Below, piece by piece: positions 44,263 to 56,749 of a DNA stretch of 64,000 bases (position 1 is the first letter of the stretch; the number at the start of each line of letters is the position of its first letter). The stretch comes from the human T2T-CHM13v2.0 reference genome, Homo sapiens, in assembly GCF_009914755.1 (NCBI RefSeq), contig NC_060931.1. One strand, 5' to 3'. The notes beneath the pieces were generated by a model, which was not told the DNA's origin, ran no database searches, and saw only the letters and a program-made list of their open reading frames with translations. The position numbers were made by a program, and so were the translations under genes.

Positions 44263-45279
44263 TTACATTTTGGCATGATTTTGCGCGGCTGGTACCAGTT
44301 GTTCCTTTCCATGTTTAGTGCTTCCTTCAGGAGCTCTTGTAAGGCAGGCCTGGTGGTGACAAAATCTCTCAGCATTTGCTTGTCTTTAAAGTATTTTATT
44401 TCTCCTTCGCTTATGAAGCTTAGTTTGGCTGGATATGAAATTCTGGGTTGAAAATTCTTTTCTTTAAGAATGTTGAATATTGGCCCCCACTCTCTTCTGG
44501 CTTGTAGGGTTTCTGCCGAGAGATCCGCTGTTTAGTCTGATGCGCTTCCCTTTGAGGGTAACCCGACCTTTCTCTCTGGCTGCCCTTTACATTTTTTCCT
44601 TCATTTCAACTTTGGTGAATCTGACAATTATGTGTCTTGGAGTTGCTCTTCTCGAGGAGTATCTTTGTGGTGTTCTCTGTATTTCCTGAATCTGAACGTT
44701 GGCCTGCCTTGCTAGATGGGGGAAGTTCTCCTGGATAATATCCTGCAGAGTGTTTTCCAACTTGGTTCCATTCTCCCCATCACTTTCAGGTACACCAATG
44801 AGACGTAGATTTGGTCTTTTCACATAGTCCCATACTTCTTGGAGGCTTTGCTCATTTCTTTTTATTCTTTTTTCTCTAAACTTCCCTTCTCGCTTCATTT
44901 CATTCATTTCATCTTCCATCGCTGATACCCTTTCTTCCAGTTGATCGCATCGGCTCCTGAGGCTTCTGCATTCTTCACGTAGTTCTTGAGCCTTGGTTTT
45001 CAGCTCCATCAGCTCCTTTAAGCACTTCTCTGTATTGGTTATTCTAGTTATACATTCTTCTAAATTTTTTTCAAAGATTTCAACTTCTTTGCCTTTGGTT
45101 TGAATGTCCTCCCGTAGCTCAGAGTAATTTGATCGTCTGAAGCCTTCTTCTCTCAGCTCGTCAAAGTCATTCTCCATCCAGCTTTGTTCCGTTGCTGGTG
45201 AGGAACTGCGTTCCTTTGGAGGAGGAGAGGCGCTCTGCTTTTTAGAGTTTCCAGTTTTTCTGTTCTGTTTTTCCCCCAT
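44263..45279 (-). pseudogene. L1 ORF1 with premature stop
   Basis: MGEKQNRKTGNSK...KEKM* (TTA>TAA at 44587-89). The native stop is at 44263-65 (1017 nt span). Confidence 0.93.
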
Positions 45280-45734
45280 CTTTGTGGTTTTATCTACTTT
45301 TGGTCTTTGATGATGGTGATGTACAGATGGGTTTTTGGTGTGGATGTCCTTTCTGTTTGTTAGTTTTCCTTCTAACAGAGAGGACCCTCAGCTGCAGGTA
45401 TGTTGGAGTACTCTGCCATTTGAGGTGTCAGTGTGCCCCTGCTGGGGGGTGCCTCCCAGTTAGGCTGCTCGGGGGTCAGGGGTCAGGGACCCACTTGAGG
45501 AGGCAGTCTGCCCATTCTCAGATCTCCAGCTGCGTGCTGGGAGAACCACTGCTCTCTTCAAAGCTGTCAGACAGGGACATTTAAGTCTGCAGAGGTTACT
45601 ACTGTCTTTTTGTTTGTCTGTGCCCTGCCCCCAGAGGTGGAGCCTACAGAGGTAGGCAGGCCTCCTTGAGCTGTGGTGGGCTCCACCCAGTTCGACCTTC
45701 CTGGCTGCTTTGTTTACCTAATCAAGTCTGGGCA

Positions 45735-45905
45735 ATGGCGGGCGCCCCTCCCCCAGCCTCGCTGCCGCCTTGCAGTTTGATCTCAGACAGCTGTGCTAGC
45801 AATCAGCGAGACTCCGTGGGCGTAGGACCCTCTGAGCCACGTGCGGGATATAATCTCATGGTGTGCCATTTTTTAAGCCCATTGGAAAAGCGCAGTGAGG
45901 TCTAG
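45735..45905 (+). CDS. L1 antisense ORF0, C-terminally truncated/chimeric (56 aa); expression unknown
   Basis: MAGAPPPASLPPCSLISDSCASNQRDSVGVGPSEP matches primate L1 ORF0. It reads across the L1 junction to a TAG in the flank. Confidence 0.45.
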   Translation: MAGAPPPASLPPCSLISDSCASNQRDSVGVGPSEPRAGYNLMVCHFLSPLEKRSEV

Positions 45906-46837
45906 CTGCATGCTGGTCCCAGAATTCCTATGGCACCTTGAATTTTCATAGCAATTCTCATGCTGCTTTTTGTTAGTTCATTAGTTTGGTTTTTAGCTTT
46001 AGTAAATTCTGGTAGGTTTTATTTGTTTGGGAACAAATAATTCTAAATTAAAATGTTGTATTAGGAGAAGATAAATTTTTTTGTGGGAGATTCTTGTTTG
46101 CTCCAACAGTGCCTATCCAGTTGGAAATGCTAATTGAATGGAACAAGAAGAGAATGTGGCTCTAAAAAAAAAAAAAGCAAAACAAAACAGAACAAAAAAT
46201 AGAGTTGTATATAATTGACATGTAGCTTGAAAGTGAGCAAAATTAGAGCTTTTCTTATTTAAAATAGATTTGAGAAGTTCTCCTCTCTTCCAAGGGTGGA
46301 TTGTGCAGACCTTCTGCCTGCATTTGAAAGGGAACATAACAAAGGTTCTGCCCATTGGATTCCTGGGACTAAGGAAGTATACTTGTTTCCATGGACATCC
46401 TTTGTATTTCTGTAATAATTCAGCCTTAAAGTGGTTAGAAGTTACAAGGAGAATGAGAATGTTCTTAAATTTTATTTATTCAACAAATATGTATGGAGTA
46501 TCTACTATGTTACCAGCACTGTACCAGCACTGGTATTATTCAGAGGCAATCTGGACCAATTCTGATCCTACTCTCACAAAGGGAGATGGGCAGAGTTCCT
46601 GCTCTCATGGAGGAGAAGAGACAGGAAAAAGAAGAGGAAGGGGATGTCATGGTTTTTGTACTATGGAAGTCCAAGAAGATGGTTCTGGCTTCAGGTTCTC
46701 TGACTGTAGGAATTCAACAAATATTATCCATTGACTTCATCTCTCTGCCTCTATTGTCCTCTGTGTTTCCATGTTGGGAAAACCTGACAGCCAAAATAGT
46801 CACCAGAACCTCTAGATCCTACTAAGAGCCAGTGATG

Positions 46838-47278
46838 TATGTTAGGTCCTCTGAAAAGCAGACACCTAAATGTGATTAAACATGCAAGGATTTTATTAGA
46901 GAAAATGCTTGTGGGAGAAAATGGGAAAGGCACTGGGACAGACAGGGTAAGCTGTCAGAACACAGTGTAAGTTTGACCCGGAAGGAAATAGAAAGGAAAA
47001 GAAAGGTGGAAGCATTATAGGCTGCTATGTAATTTACAGAAGATTCCAGGCAGGACCATCAGGGAGTCAAGCCAAAGTTGGCTACTATGAGTCCTGTGTG
47101 TCCCAGAAATGGGTCTGCCTTCATATCTGTGCTGCAAGCCAGCATTGGCTGGGAGCGGCAGTAAGAAGCATGGCTTTGATGCAGATGTGGTGATGGATTT
47201 CAGAGCACAGCAGCTAGAGCTCATAGCCAATTAAGCTCCACTTTGAAGGTCTGTGAGGTGCATTCTCATGGCTGTCAC
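46838..47278 (-). mobile_element. Ancient MaLR/ERVL-type solo LTR (family uncertain)
   Basis: TG...CA ends ('tgtatgttaggtcctctgaaaagcagacacc...ggattttattag' to 'catggctgtcaca'). Confidence 0.5.
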
Positions 47279-47864
47279 ATGGTCCAAGAGACAATAAAAC
47301 CTTCTTTCCTGCAGGATCAAAATTATTCTAAAAACTCACCCTGACATTTGTTTAATCACTTGGTTATTTTAGGACATATGACTCATGAATTGAGGTCACA
47401 AGTGGACCCAAGACTGGATCCCATAATTGTACCTTCCCATGTGAATCCATGTAGTAGAGGAGAGATGGATTCTAAGAGAGATTCTTATAGGCATCAAATA
47501 CACCATATTTTGTGTGTATTTATGCACATGTGTGAGAGATCCTGACAGAATACTCTCTGAAATGAATGATTAAACAAAAATATTTCACTACCTAGTGTTC
47601 TAAGCTATTCATACCCAATTTTTTAGACAAAAAAATTAGCAGATATCCACTAGTATGTGACTGTATATACATACAAATTGTATGTACGTGTGTGTAGTAT
47701 AACAAGATGTTAATAGTGTATTTTACAATGAACATATGTTTTAAAAGAAAAAATACATAAACAATAAGTAACTTGAAGATAGTTTTCTAATAAGAAACTC
47801 AAAACTGAAAAAGCATTAATAGTTTGATATTAAAGTTGAAATAATGGTTTTCATAATTATATAT

Positions 47865-49248
47865 TGCATCTGGAATTGCTGGGTTCTTGGTCTCGCTGAC
47901 TTCAAGAATGAAGCTGCACACCTTCGCGGTGAGTGTCACAGTTCTTAAAGATGGTGTGTCCGGAGTTTGTTCCTTCTGTTCAGATGTGTCTGGAGTTTCT
48001 TCCTTCTAGTGGGTTCATGGTCTCACTGTCTTCAGGAGTGAAGCTGCAGATCTTTGTAGGGAGTGTTACAGTCTGGAGTCATTTGTTCCTCCTGTCCAGA
48101 GTTGTTCGTCGCTCCTGGTGGGTTTGTGGTCTCCCTGGCTTCAGGAGTGAAGCTGCAGACCTTCGCTGTGAGTATTACAGCTCATAAAGGCAGGGCAGAC
48201 CCAAAGAATGAGCAGCAGCAAGAGTTATTGTGAAGCGTGAACAAACAAAACTTCCACTGTGTGGCAGGGGACCCCAGCACGTTGTCGCTGCTGGCTCAGG
48301 CAGCCTGCTTTTATTCCCTTATCTGGCCCCACCCACGTCCTGCTGATTGGTCCATTTTACATAGAGCTGATTGGTCCGTTTCACAGAGAGCTGATTGGTC
48401 TGTTTTGACAAGGTGCTGATTGGTGTGTTTACAATCCCTGAGCTAGACACAGAGTGCTGATTGGTGCATTTACAATCCTCTAGCCAGACATGAAAGTTCT
48501 CTAAGTCCCCACCAGATTAGCTAGATACAGAGTGCTGACTGGTGCATCCATGAACCCCGAGCTAGACACAGAGTGCTGATTGGTGCATTTACAATCCTCC
48601 AGCTAGACATAAAAGTTCTCCAAGTCCCCACCTGACTCAGGAGCTCAGCTGGCTTCACCTAGTGGATCCCACACAGGGGCCGCGGGCAGAGCTGCCTGCC
48701 AGTCCCGCACCGCACACCCACACTCCTCAGCCCTTGGGTGGTCGATGGGACCAGGGGCCGCGGAGCAGGGGGTGTTGCCCGTTGGGGAGGCTTGGCCTGA
48801 GTGGGAGCCCACAGTGTGGGGGAGGCTCAGGCATGGCAGGCTGCAGGTCCTGAGCCCTGCCCCGTGGGTAGGCAGCTGAGGCCTGGTGAGAAATCGAACG
48901 TGGTGTGGGCAGACCGGCACTGTTGGGGGACCCGGTGCACCCTCCACAGCTGCTGGCCCAGGTGCTAAGCCCCTCACTGCCCTGGGCCGGGGGCACCGGC
49001 TGGCTGCTCCGAGTGCAGAGACCACCGAGCCCATGCCCACCCAGAACTCGTGCTAGCACAGCCCCAGTTCCCTCCTGTGCCTCTCCCTCCACACCTCCCT
49101 GCAAGCAGAGGGAGCCGGCTCCGGCCTCAGCCAGTCCAGAGAGGGGCTCCCACAGTGCAGCAGTGGGCTGAAGGGCTCCTCAAGCGCGGCCAGAGTGGAC
49201 TTGGAGGCCGAGAGCGAGTGGGGGCTGCTAGCACGTTGTCACCTCTCA
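47865..49248 (-). mobile_element. Solo LTR12 (LTR12C/D-like, ERV9), 1384 bp
   Basis: Minus strand reads TGAGAGGTGACAACGTGCTAGC...CCAGATGCA. 4-bp TSD ATAT (47861-64, 49249-52). GC-rich U3 and a CCAAT array at 48340-48585. Confidence 0.95.
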
Positions 49249-49362
49249 ATATGAAAATATCATTATGTACATTTGCATAAATTATAACAATCTGTAGTGA
49301 TATTTAGTATACGTATGCGTTACTTAAATGACGTTAACTGACTTTATCCTTTGGGTGAGGTG

Positions 49363-49917
49363 ATGCTGAGACAATATTGCACAAGTCTCTTGAATTTCTG
49401 CAAACCTTGTGAACAGAGGTACTTACAGATTTTGTTCCAGACTAACTTTTCAAGAATGTTTAGATAGTTAAAGCCTTGGGAAATAAAAACAGTGCCCCTT
49501 CTAGAGCAGAAGACAACATACAGAAGTAAACAAAAAGATTTGTTTATTTTCCAGTGTAATAAAGATATCTTCCTCTGGGGCAAAGATTGGGCATTTTATA
49601 TTTATATAAAATGATTGCAATCCATTTTATATAAATCACTGGAGTTCCCTAAGCATGGAGTTTCTCAGCTGTGACACAAACTCCTTTCATGCACAGTAGC
49701 TCCCTACGACTCTGCATTGTTCCTATAGGACTTGGGGTGCAAATGGGAACTGGCTGGTACAAACATGGAGCTTATTGAGGTGCAGTGAGTAATAATTAAA
49801 GTCCTTTTGTCTCTGATTTAGGAGTCTTTTGTCTTAAGCTAGCATCCATGAAGCTGTGGCAGAGTAACTTATTAGTTTGCAAATTGGATGAAATCTTAGA
49901 CTCTTCACAGTTCTTTC
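49363..49917 (+). mobile_element. LTR40-like ERVL solo LTR
   Basis: 'gagacaatattgcacaagtctcttgaatttctgc...tttgttccagactaacttttcaagaatgttt...aaatcttagactcttcacagttctt' resembles the recalled LTR40 consensus. Confidence 0.65.
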
Positions 49918-51952
49918 CTTCAATAGATAGCAGTATCAATGATACTCAGGATTCTCTAAGTGAAAGGAACTTTTAGATAATCTGGTTTCCAATTCAGTGT
50001 TCTCATTTTATAGGTAAAGAAACACAGCTTAGAGAGGTCAATAAAATTGTTTATAAAAACTCCACCCAATGGGGTTAAATCACTGTCATTTACCATGTAA
50101 ATTTTAAAAGTAAGAAATAAAAATTGGGTGTGAATATCTTAGAACACTAGGCACTTAAATATTTTTGTTTAATCATTCATTTCAGAGAGTTGGTATTCTT
50201 TCAGGCTCCCTTGCACATAGGCATAACTACACACAAAATATGGTATATTTGATGCCTATAAGAATCTTCTGCAACTGGTGATCTTGTCTATAGGCAACCA
50301 AATTTGAGATATTAGACTGTAACAAGTTATGGTGGGATGCAGAATTAGCAGGAACTTCTCTCCTGTATTAGATACATTGTATTTAGCTCTTTCTTGTCCA
50401 TAATCTCATAAATTTGTAGGTCATTTTAATTACTAATGCATTCTACTTTTAAATGCTAAATTATGGTCCTCTTTGACGGCTTTTAGCTTCTATTTCCAGC
50501 TGTTTACTAAGAATGGACGAGGTATTTCATGTGTCCTTGTTTTTCTGTGACTCAATAAGTGCCGGAGCATTTTCTAATTATAGCCAATGAATGTGGAACT
50601 AATTACCTACAACTATACAGACTGCAGCTTATTTGCTATTGAAATCCTGGTTGTAGACTTAGGTTTGTTGATTCTGCCTTTCCCCCCTATTTACTCCAAT
50701 TTTATAACTTACTAAATTTTTGTCTTACTAAAAATTTTCAAACATATTCAGGACGAGTTATCAAATCAATGTGAGTAAGTAGGAACAAGTCTAGCATTCA
50801 GATAAAACAACTGGGCTTTAAGGTGATTCAGTGTACCAAATATTTATTTCAAAGAAGTAGAAGACAAAATGATGCCATGAAGTTAGTTCCTACTGCCAAA
50901 GCGGAGATTTGGATGAGAAAAGAGTTTAGACCAAACATCTGAAGATCTTTATGTTTAGTAAGGAGAGCCAGTGATATTCTGAGTTGAAGATGGGTTGAAC
51001 TTTTCCATGAATTGTCCAGGAAAAATACCACAAAAAGTCACATAATGTGCAGAATTATCCATTATTTTTCAATTTTGTTCTCACTGTATGATATATAAAA
51101 TCTATTTTAAAAGTGTTTTTCTACTTAAAAAATAACTATTCATTTCAAGTGCCTAAAGAATATTTTTTAAGAATATTTTTTAAAACTGAACTATGTACTG
51201 GCCCCCTGAAATACCTCCATTTCTAAAGGTAGGAATCAGAGCTTACCTTTGGAAGTCACAATGTACAATACAGCTGGAAATAAGCAATTAAACTAACAAT
51301 GAAAGCTTTTAGAAATGTTAACAATACCCTTTTAAGAGGGAAAATACAAACCTAAATATCTATCCTTGGGAAATGAAATAAATTATACACTGAAATTCTG
51401 CAAACATTAAAAATAGGAAGACCTCTATATATTCATATGGGAAGACATTTACTATAAAATAGAGTAGACCCAAAAAGTGCAGGTAGTTTGATTCCATGTC
51501 TTAAAACATTTTAAAATTCACTACTTAAAAATCTCTAAAACTACACATGGAATTGACAATAGTGGTTATTTCTGGAAGCAGAATTGCCAAGTGGGTGTGT
51601 GTGGTGTGGGGAGGAATAGGGAGGGAGATCAATGACTGGTAGAGTGGGAAGATGTATATACTTTTACTATATGAATTTTTAAACAAATATATATTGATTT
51701 TGTAACAAAATATCTACTTTTTGAGAAAAAAAGGCAAAGATGACCCATGTGGTGAATGTATAAAACAAATTAAAAGAGATCAAATTTCTGTCATTTTTAA
51801 GTATTCTATCCCTGACACACTAAAGTGATAAAAGTGCTTAAAAACCACATTACATATAGGCCAAAAAAAAAAAAAAAAGATGCATTTATTGAAACAAGTG
51901 AAAATAATAATATCACATCAGAGGCCAAGTGATACCATTTGAAACTGTGCTT

Positions 51953-51958
51953 TTTATT
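51953..51958 (-). terminator. POLR1F: Candidate distal poly(A) signal AATAAA
   Basis: tttatt on the plus strand. A second AATAAA at 51885-90 and a U16 tract at 51863-78 lie downstream on the minus strand. Confidence 0.6.
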
Positions 51959-53239
51959 TATCAATTTAAAATTATCTGTTGATGCTTTCATTATACAAAG
52001 GATTCACTGTTAAATACTATAGATATAGTTAAGGCATAATTCCAGCCCTCAGGAAACTTATTTGGTCAAGACAAATTTGATTAAGAGACAAGCTTTACAA
52101 ACAGGTAAACAGTTTGAAATAATGCACAGTGTTACAAGTAGAAAAATATTTATTAAAGAAAAATAAGAATTATGGTTATGAAGCATGCACATTTAGCCTT
52201 GTCTGGAAAAAGTTTATGCGAAGGTGGTGCCTGAGGTCTTTTACATTAGATAACTTCTTAGTCCTCTGTCAGGTTCTCCACCTGGAATGCCACAGCTAGT
52301 TTTTCTTCTCCAAGGGTCAAAATGCTGCTCTTCCAACAACAAGCTTAAACACTAAACGTAAAGCATTAAACATTCATTGTTATTTGTACTTGTCATTTAT
52401 ACTTGTGTATCTTATAGACAAAACGGTAAGCCCTTAAGAGCAGAAACTGCTTAAAAGTCATTTCTGTATCACTGGTGACTAGTGAGGTGTCTTGCACAGT
52501 GAAATGGGTGAATGATAGGAACTGGAGAGAGGGTAAGGGATCTAGTCTAGGCTATAGGGTTTGTATGAGCAAATTCCAAGATAGAAAAGATAGACTAGGT
52601 TAGTGCAGCATGTGACAAATGTTTTGAAGAATACATAGTGGACACCATCATCAGTCTTTCTGTGTCAGAAAGACAAACAAAAAAACAATGAACAAAGTTA
52701 TGCTATTCTAGGAAAGACAAATGGCCAGATCTGACTTTTCAAAACTACTCACATTGTGAAAAAAGCAGGAACAAATCTAGTTTCAAGTTCAGCATGCCGT
52801 TCCCTGTTTAATTCATAAAACACAACTGGCAGAAGTATTACTTGAAGCAAAACAAAAGTAACGTGGGAACTTGCTTATTTGCTAAGCCACAATGTATTTT
52901 TCCAGGAATAGCATAAATTTGCCATCTTTCTTGTGTCTATGGAAAAGGGGTTTAGAATTGTTTCACTAAAAATTAAATTTCTATATTGTCAAACATGATT
53001 GTATACTCAAATTTTAAAATGTGAAGGGAACACTTACTAAGCATTTCCTGGGTATGCCACTATATTAAGTCCTAGTAATATGATATAGTTTATTTCAATT
53101 TTTTTTCAACTCATACTTCCTTTAAAATAGCACTGACCAAAAGAAAGTTAACATGAGCTTCATGTACAATTTTTAATCTTTTTGCAGAAAAATAAACTGA
53201 GAAAGGCTAAAATTGTTTTATTTAAGCCACTATACCAAG

Positions 53240-53380
53240 ACATATTGATTTCACCAATATAAAAATTGAGATAGTTTACATTTTTTGGTACATCTTTAAA
53301 ATCTGGTATGTATTTTATACTGACAGCACATCTCAATTTGGACAAGCTACATTTCCAGGGCTCAATAGTCACATGAATCT
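53240..53380. mobile_element. MER3/MER33-like hAT fragment in the 3'UTR
   Basis: 'aaaatctggtatgtattttatactgacagcacatctcaatttggac...acatttccagggctcaatagtcacatg'. Confidence 0.7.
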
Positions 53381-54784
53381 CAATTGTAATCAAAGAGGTT
53401 GGCCTGCATCCTTCCATTGTCTAGCACATCTACTTGTAGACAATTGTGAACATCTGCCACTCTGCCAATTCTATATCCCATCATTGTAAGTTCAGATCAA
53501 CATATACCACTAGCAGAATTTATTCATTACCAAATATTAAGCTGTGAGACCAGCACTATGTCTGGTACTAAATAAATGGCAACAAAAATGCTGACATGGG
53601 AGTTCAACCATTCATGCATTTGCAGATACTAACACAGGTAACAGTGAGTGAACAATCCTCCCCCTTTTTTTCATACCACTTAATACAATTATTAATTTTC
53701 TTATTTATTGTGTGTATATGCACATCTGTTTCTCTTATGACATGCCACAAGGGAAGGAACTACATCTATCTTGTTTGCCATTGTATCCCTGGGCCTTAGC
53801 AGAATGTGTTATACAAAGTAGATGGTCAAGTGTGTGGAAAATGAATAAATATGGCCATGCATTGATTACCAGCTTCAACCAGCTTGTCATTTCATTACAC
53901 TTTGTCAATTAGTCAAGAGACATTCCACATTTTCTCAATGAAAGCAGTGAACAGAACAACTGTTTTCTCTTCAGCACAATATCTTATAGCCCATTCCAAT
54001 CATTAAAAAGTAATCTGAAATTTCCCACTAGTCAGAATCACATTTATCCTGTCTTCATTAGACTGTCCTCCAACACACAACAAAACTAGAATGGCTGAGG
54101 CACAAATGAACAAGTACAAGAAAACAGTCCTTTCCAGCAACCTCTCAGACTTAAGAAGACAAGGACACACATGCACTTGGAAGAAAGAAAAGAATAATGA
54201 ATAGCATTTACCACCACACAGTCAGTACTGGCCTGGCTTTTAAGAGCTGTGAAGACTTCAGAAACTTCTTTGGCAAACTATTTTATGTTAAACAATAGAA
54301 ATACTGTAGAAAGCCATGATAAAGGAAAACCTAAAATTAGTTAATGTCCTGAGTTTTTAAAAAAGCAAAATAAAATAGCATGTAATAAGGTGAAGCCTAT
54401 TAAACACACACAAAATCAAATCATCAAAATCTCAAACTTAACTCATTCTTTAGTAATATAATATTGTATTATAAAGTCCTTTGGCTAGTCTTGACATTGT
54501 AGAAATAATTTTATGTAGAGTGCAAAACCTGGAAGAATATGAGAGCTGACAGTGAGAGCAGCTTTTTATTTTGTATAAAATGGTATTTTAACAATACTGG
54601 CTTTCCCCAAATTAATTTACAGTCAGTTTTATCATTTTTAGCATATAAAGCCTCCTACTCCTAGTTAAGTATTTTCTGTTTTGTAAACTACTGGCATACT
54701 TAACCTTTTCATATCACTGAAAACATTTATTCATCTATTGTATGTAGATCGATCTTTTAAAAACTGAATCGTGTTTAAAATACA

Positions 54785-55196
54785 CTAAAGAAAATTACTT
54801 TTCCCTTTTCTTTTTGGTGAGCATTTCAAAGGTGGGGTAAATTCGGCCTCTTCACTGTGTTTTCTTTTCTTTTTTTTCTTTTTATGGTCACTTTGGTAAC
54901 CACTGGAGTCACTGCCTTGGAAAACAGGGTCCTGGTCCTGAACTTCCTGGTGCTTTTTCTTCTTCTTCTTTTTCTTTGGCTCCTCCTCCCAGATGCCATT
55001 CGCATTATTAGTATTCTGCAGGGCTGACTCTTCCATTGGAGTGTCATCTGCATCATCTGCTAGCTTTGTGGTACCACTGTCCACTTCATATGTCTCTGGG
55101 TCTTTCTTCTTTTTCTTCTTTTTAGGTTTTTTAGCAGCTTCCTCAGTGCCATTTTCTGTAACTTCTTCAGAAACTTCAGAGCGCTTGAATTGTAAA
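54785..55196 (-). CDS. POLR1F: RNA polymerase I subunit RPA43, last coding exon (exon 4)
   Basis: Acceptor ...tttatag at 55197. Encodes (S)[34 protein letters not shown]...KRKGKSNFL-TAG. 412 nt, phase-compatible with exon 3. Confidence 0.96.
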
Positions 55197-56540
55197 CTAT
55201 AAATTAACAGTTAAAAAAATTAACAGAACAATAAGCAAAAAACAAAGAACAAATTGAGATCAAGATATCCCAACAGGCTAAGATTTTCTAAATAATGACT
55301 CCAGTACAAGACACATAACCATGGCATAAATTCCAAATATTCTATCCTGTTATCCCTCAACCCACTAAAATATGTATGGGCTGCTGAATGTTAAATTGAA
55401 AAATGTTAAATTTAACATTAAATGTTAAATTCTTTCTTTATGAATAACTTCTCCCAGACTGTTTCCACACATAAAAATGACATAAAAATCTTGTCAAAAC
55501 ATGTCTTCCAAGTTTTGGGTTGTTTCAGAAAAATTTGGTCACTGAACATTAAACACCACAATACCTAGGCTTATTAACCAAACCACTGACATCTAATAGA
55601 AAATATGATCTGGTATTTATCAAAGCAATGGAGTTTCCAGTCTACTATTTTAATCTTGTTTCAAATAATAGTCCATTGTTCTACTTAGCTGATACTAAGA
55701 TAGTATTACTTTAACATTGTGAATTATTTTACACCACTAAAATAAAACATGGATCGATGAAGTAGCTTTCTCTCCAGAACTTCAGTCTTATACAGTAGCA
55801 CTAGGCACATGTACCTAATCACTACCAAAAACATAACTTTAGAAATTCAGTTCCTCAGTCAGACTTAGTCATATTTCAATGCTCAATAGTGAGGCTGCTG
55901 TACTATGTATATAAACTGTATTTCTGTCATTACAGAAATTGAACAGCTGTTCCAGAACTTCAACCCATACTCTTGTAACTTTAAGGCAAAATACAGAAAA
56001 AATTATTAGCAATAGCAGCATTTTAAGAGTTGTCTCTCTCCTTCTTCCTTTAAACTTGGCTCCCATGGAATCAAGCTCAAGATCAGAGTTAATTCTTATA
56101 ATAATTTCTATACAGAATAATACAGAAATTAAAATATCTGGCACAGAAGACAATAATCAACACAATTTTTTGTGTGTAAAAACAAAGCAGGCCAATAGTT
56201 AGGAAGGTAATTGTGCTTTCAGTAGTTTCAAGTTTAGAGGTCAACTTTAAAAAAAAAGTTAACAACAAAATAGAAAATACTCAGCAAAATTGAGCTATTA
56301 AATATTAAAATACAGACCAGTTAGCTAGTCTGTGTTTCAGAATATTTATTTGATGCACTGTTACAGATTACTTAAGAGTATTGTTTATATTGACTTTATG
56401 GTTTGAAAGCATGAATATTCCTATAAACAGGTATTTTTAGAGAGGCTTATTCTCTTTAAAATTAAAATAAAATTCTCTTTAAAATTCAGAATTAAATAGA
56501 AATTAAGTACCTAGTGATAATTACGTAATGATAAACTAAC

Positions 56541-56749
56541 CTTGTGATATTTAGTTTTCCCCGAATGCAGAATACTCCAGCAGCATCTGAGTCTAAACGA
56601 AATACTTCAAATTCTAGTTCATCACCCATGTTTATCTCCATGGTTTGCCACTGCTCAGCTGACAACTGCTCAGGTTTAGGAATGGAGGCATTGAAACACC
56701 CATGTACTAAACAGCCAATGTGGCTAGAAGACACTTTATTAACTATACC
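56541..56749 (-). CDS. POLR1F: RPA43 exon 3 (OB/S1-like region)
   Basis: cttcccag|GGT...ACAAG|gttagt. Encodes GIVNKVSSSHIGCLVHGCFNASIPKP...FCIRGKLNIT. 209 nt. Confidence 0.96.

Larger units (their letters stand above)
51931..54784 (-). other. POLR1F: POLR1F 3'UTR (distal end approximate)
   Basis: Follows the TAG at 54785-87. Distal AATAAA at 51953-58, a CA about 20 nt downstream and a U-rich tract further downstream. Confidence 0.65.

Noticed and set aside
48645-49280. GC-rich overlapping ORFs, CpG-island-like
   Set aside because: This is the U3 region of the solo LTR12.
50300-50800. Unique stretch with TGTTTAC and TGACTCA motifs
   Set aside because: Single short motifs are expected by chance; an enhancer cannot be supported from sequence alone.
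56492-56540. ORF extension RLVYHYVIITRYLISI after POLR1F exon 3
   Set aside because: Intronic read-through past the GT donor at 56540.
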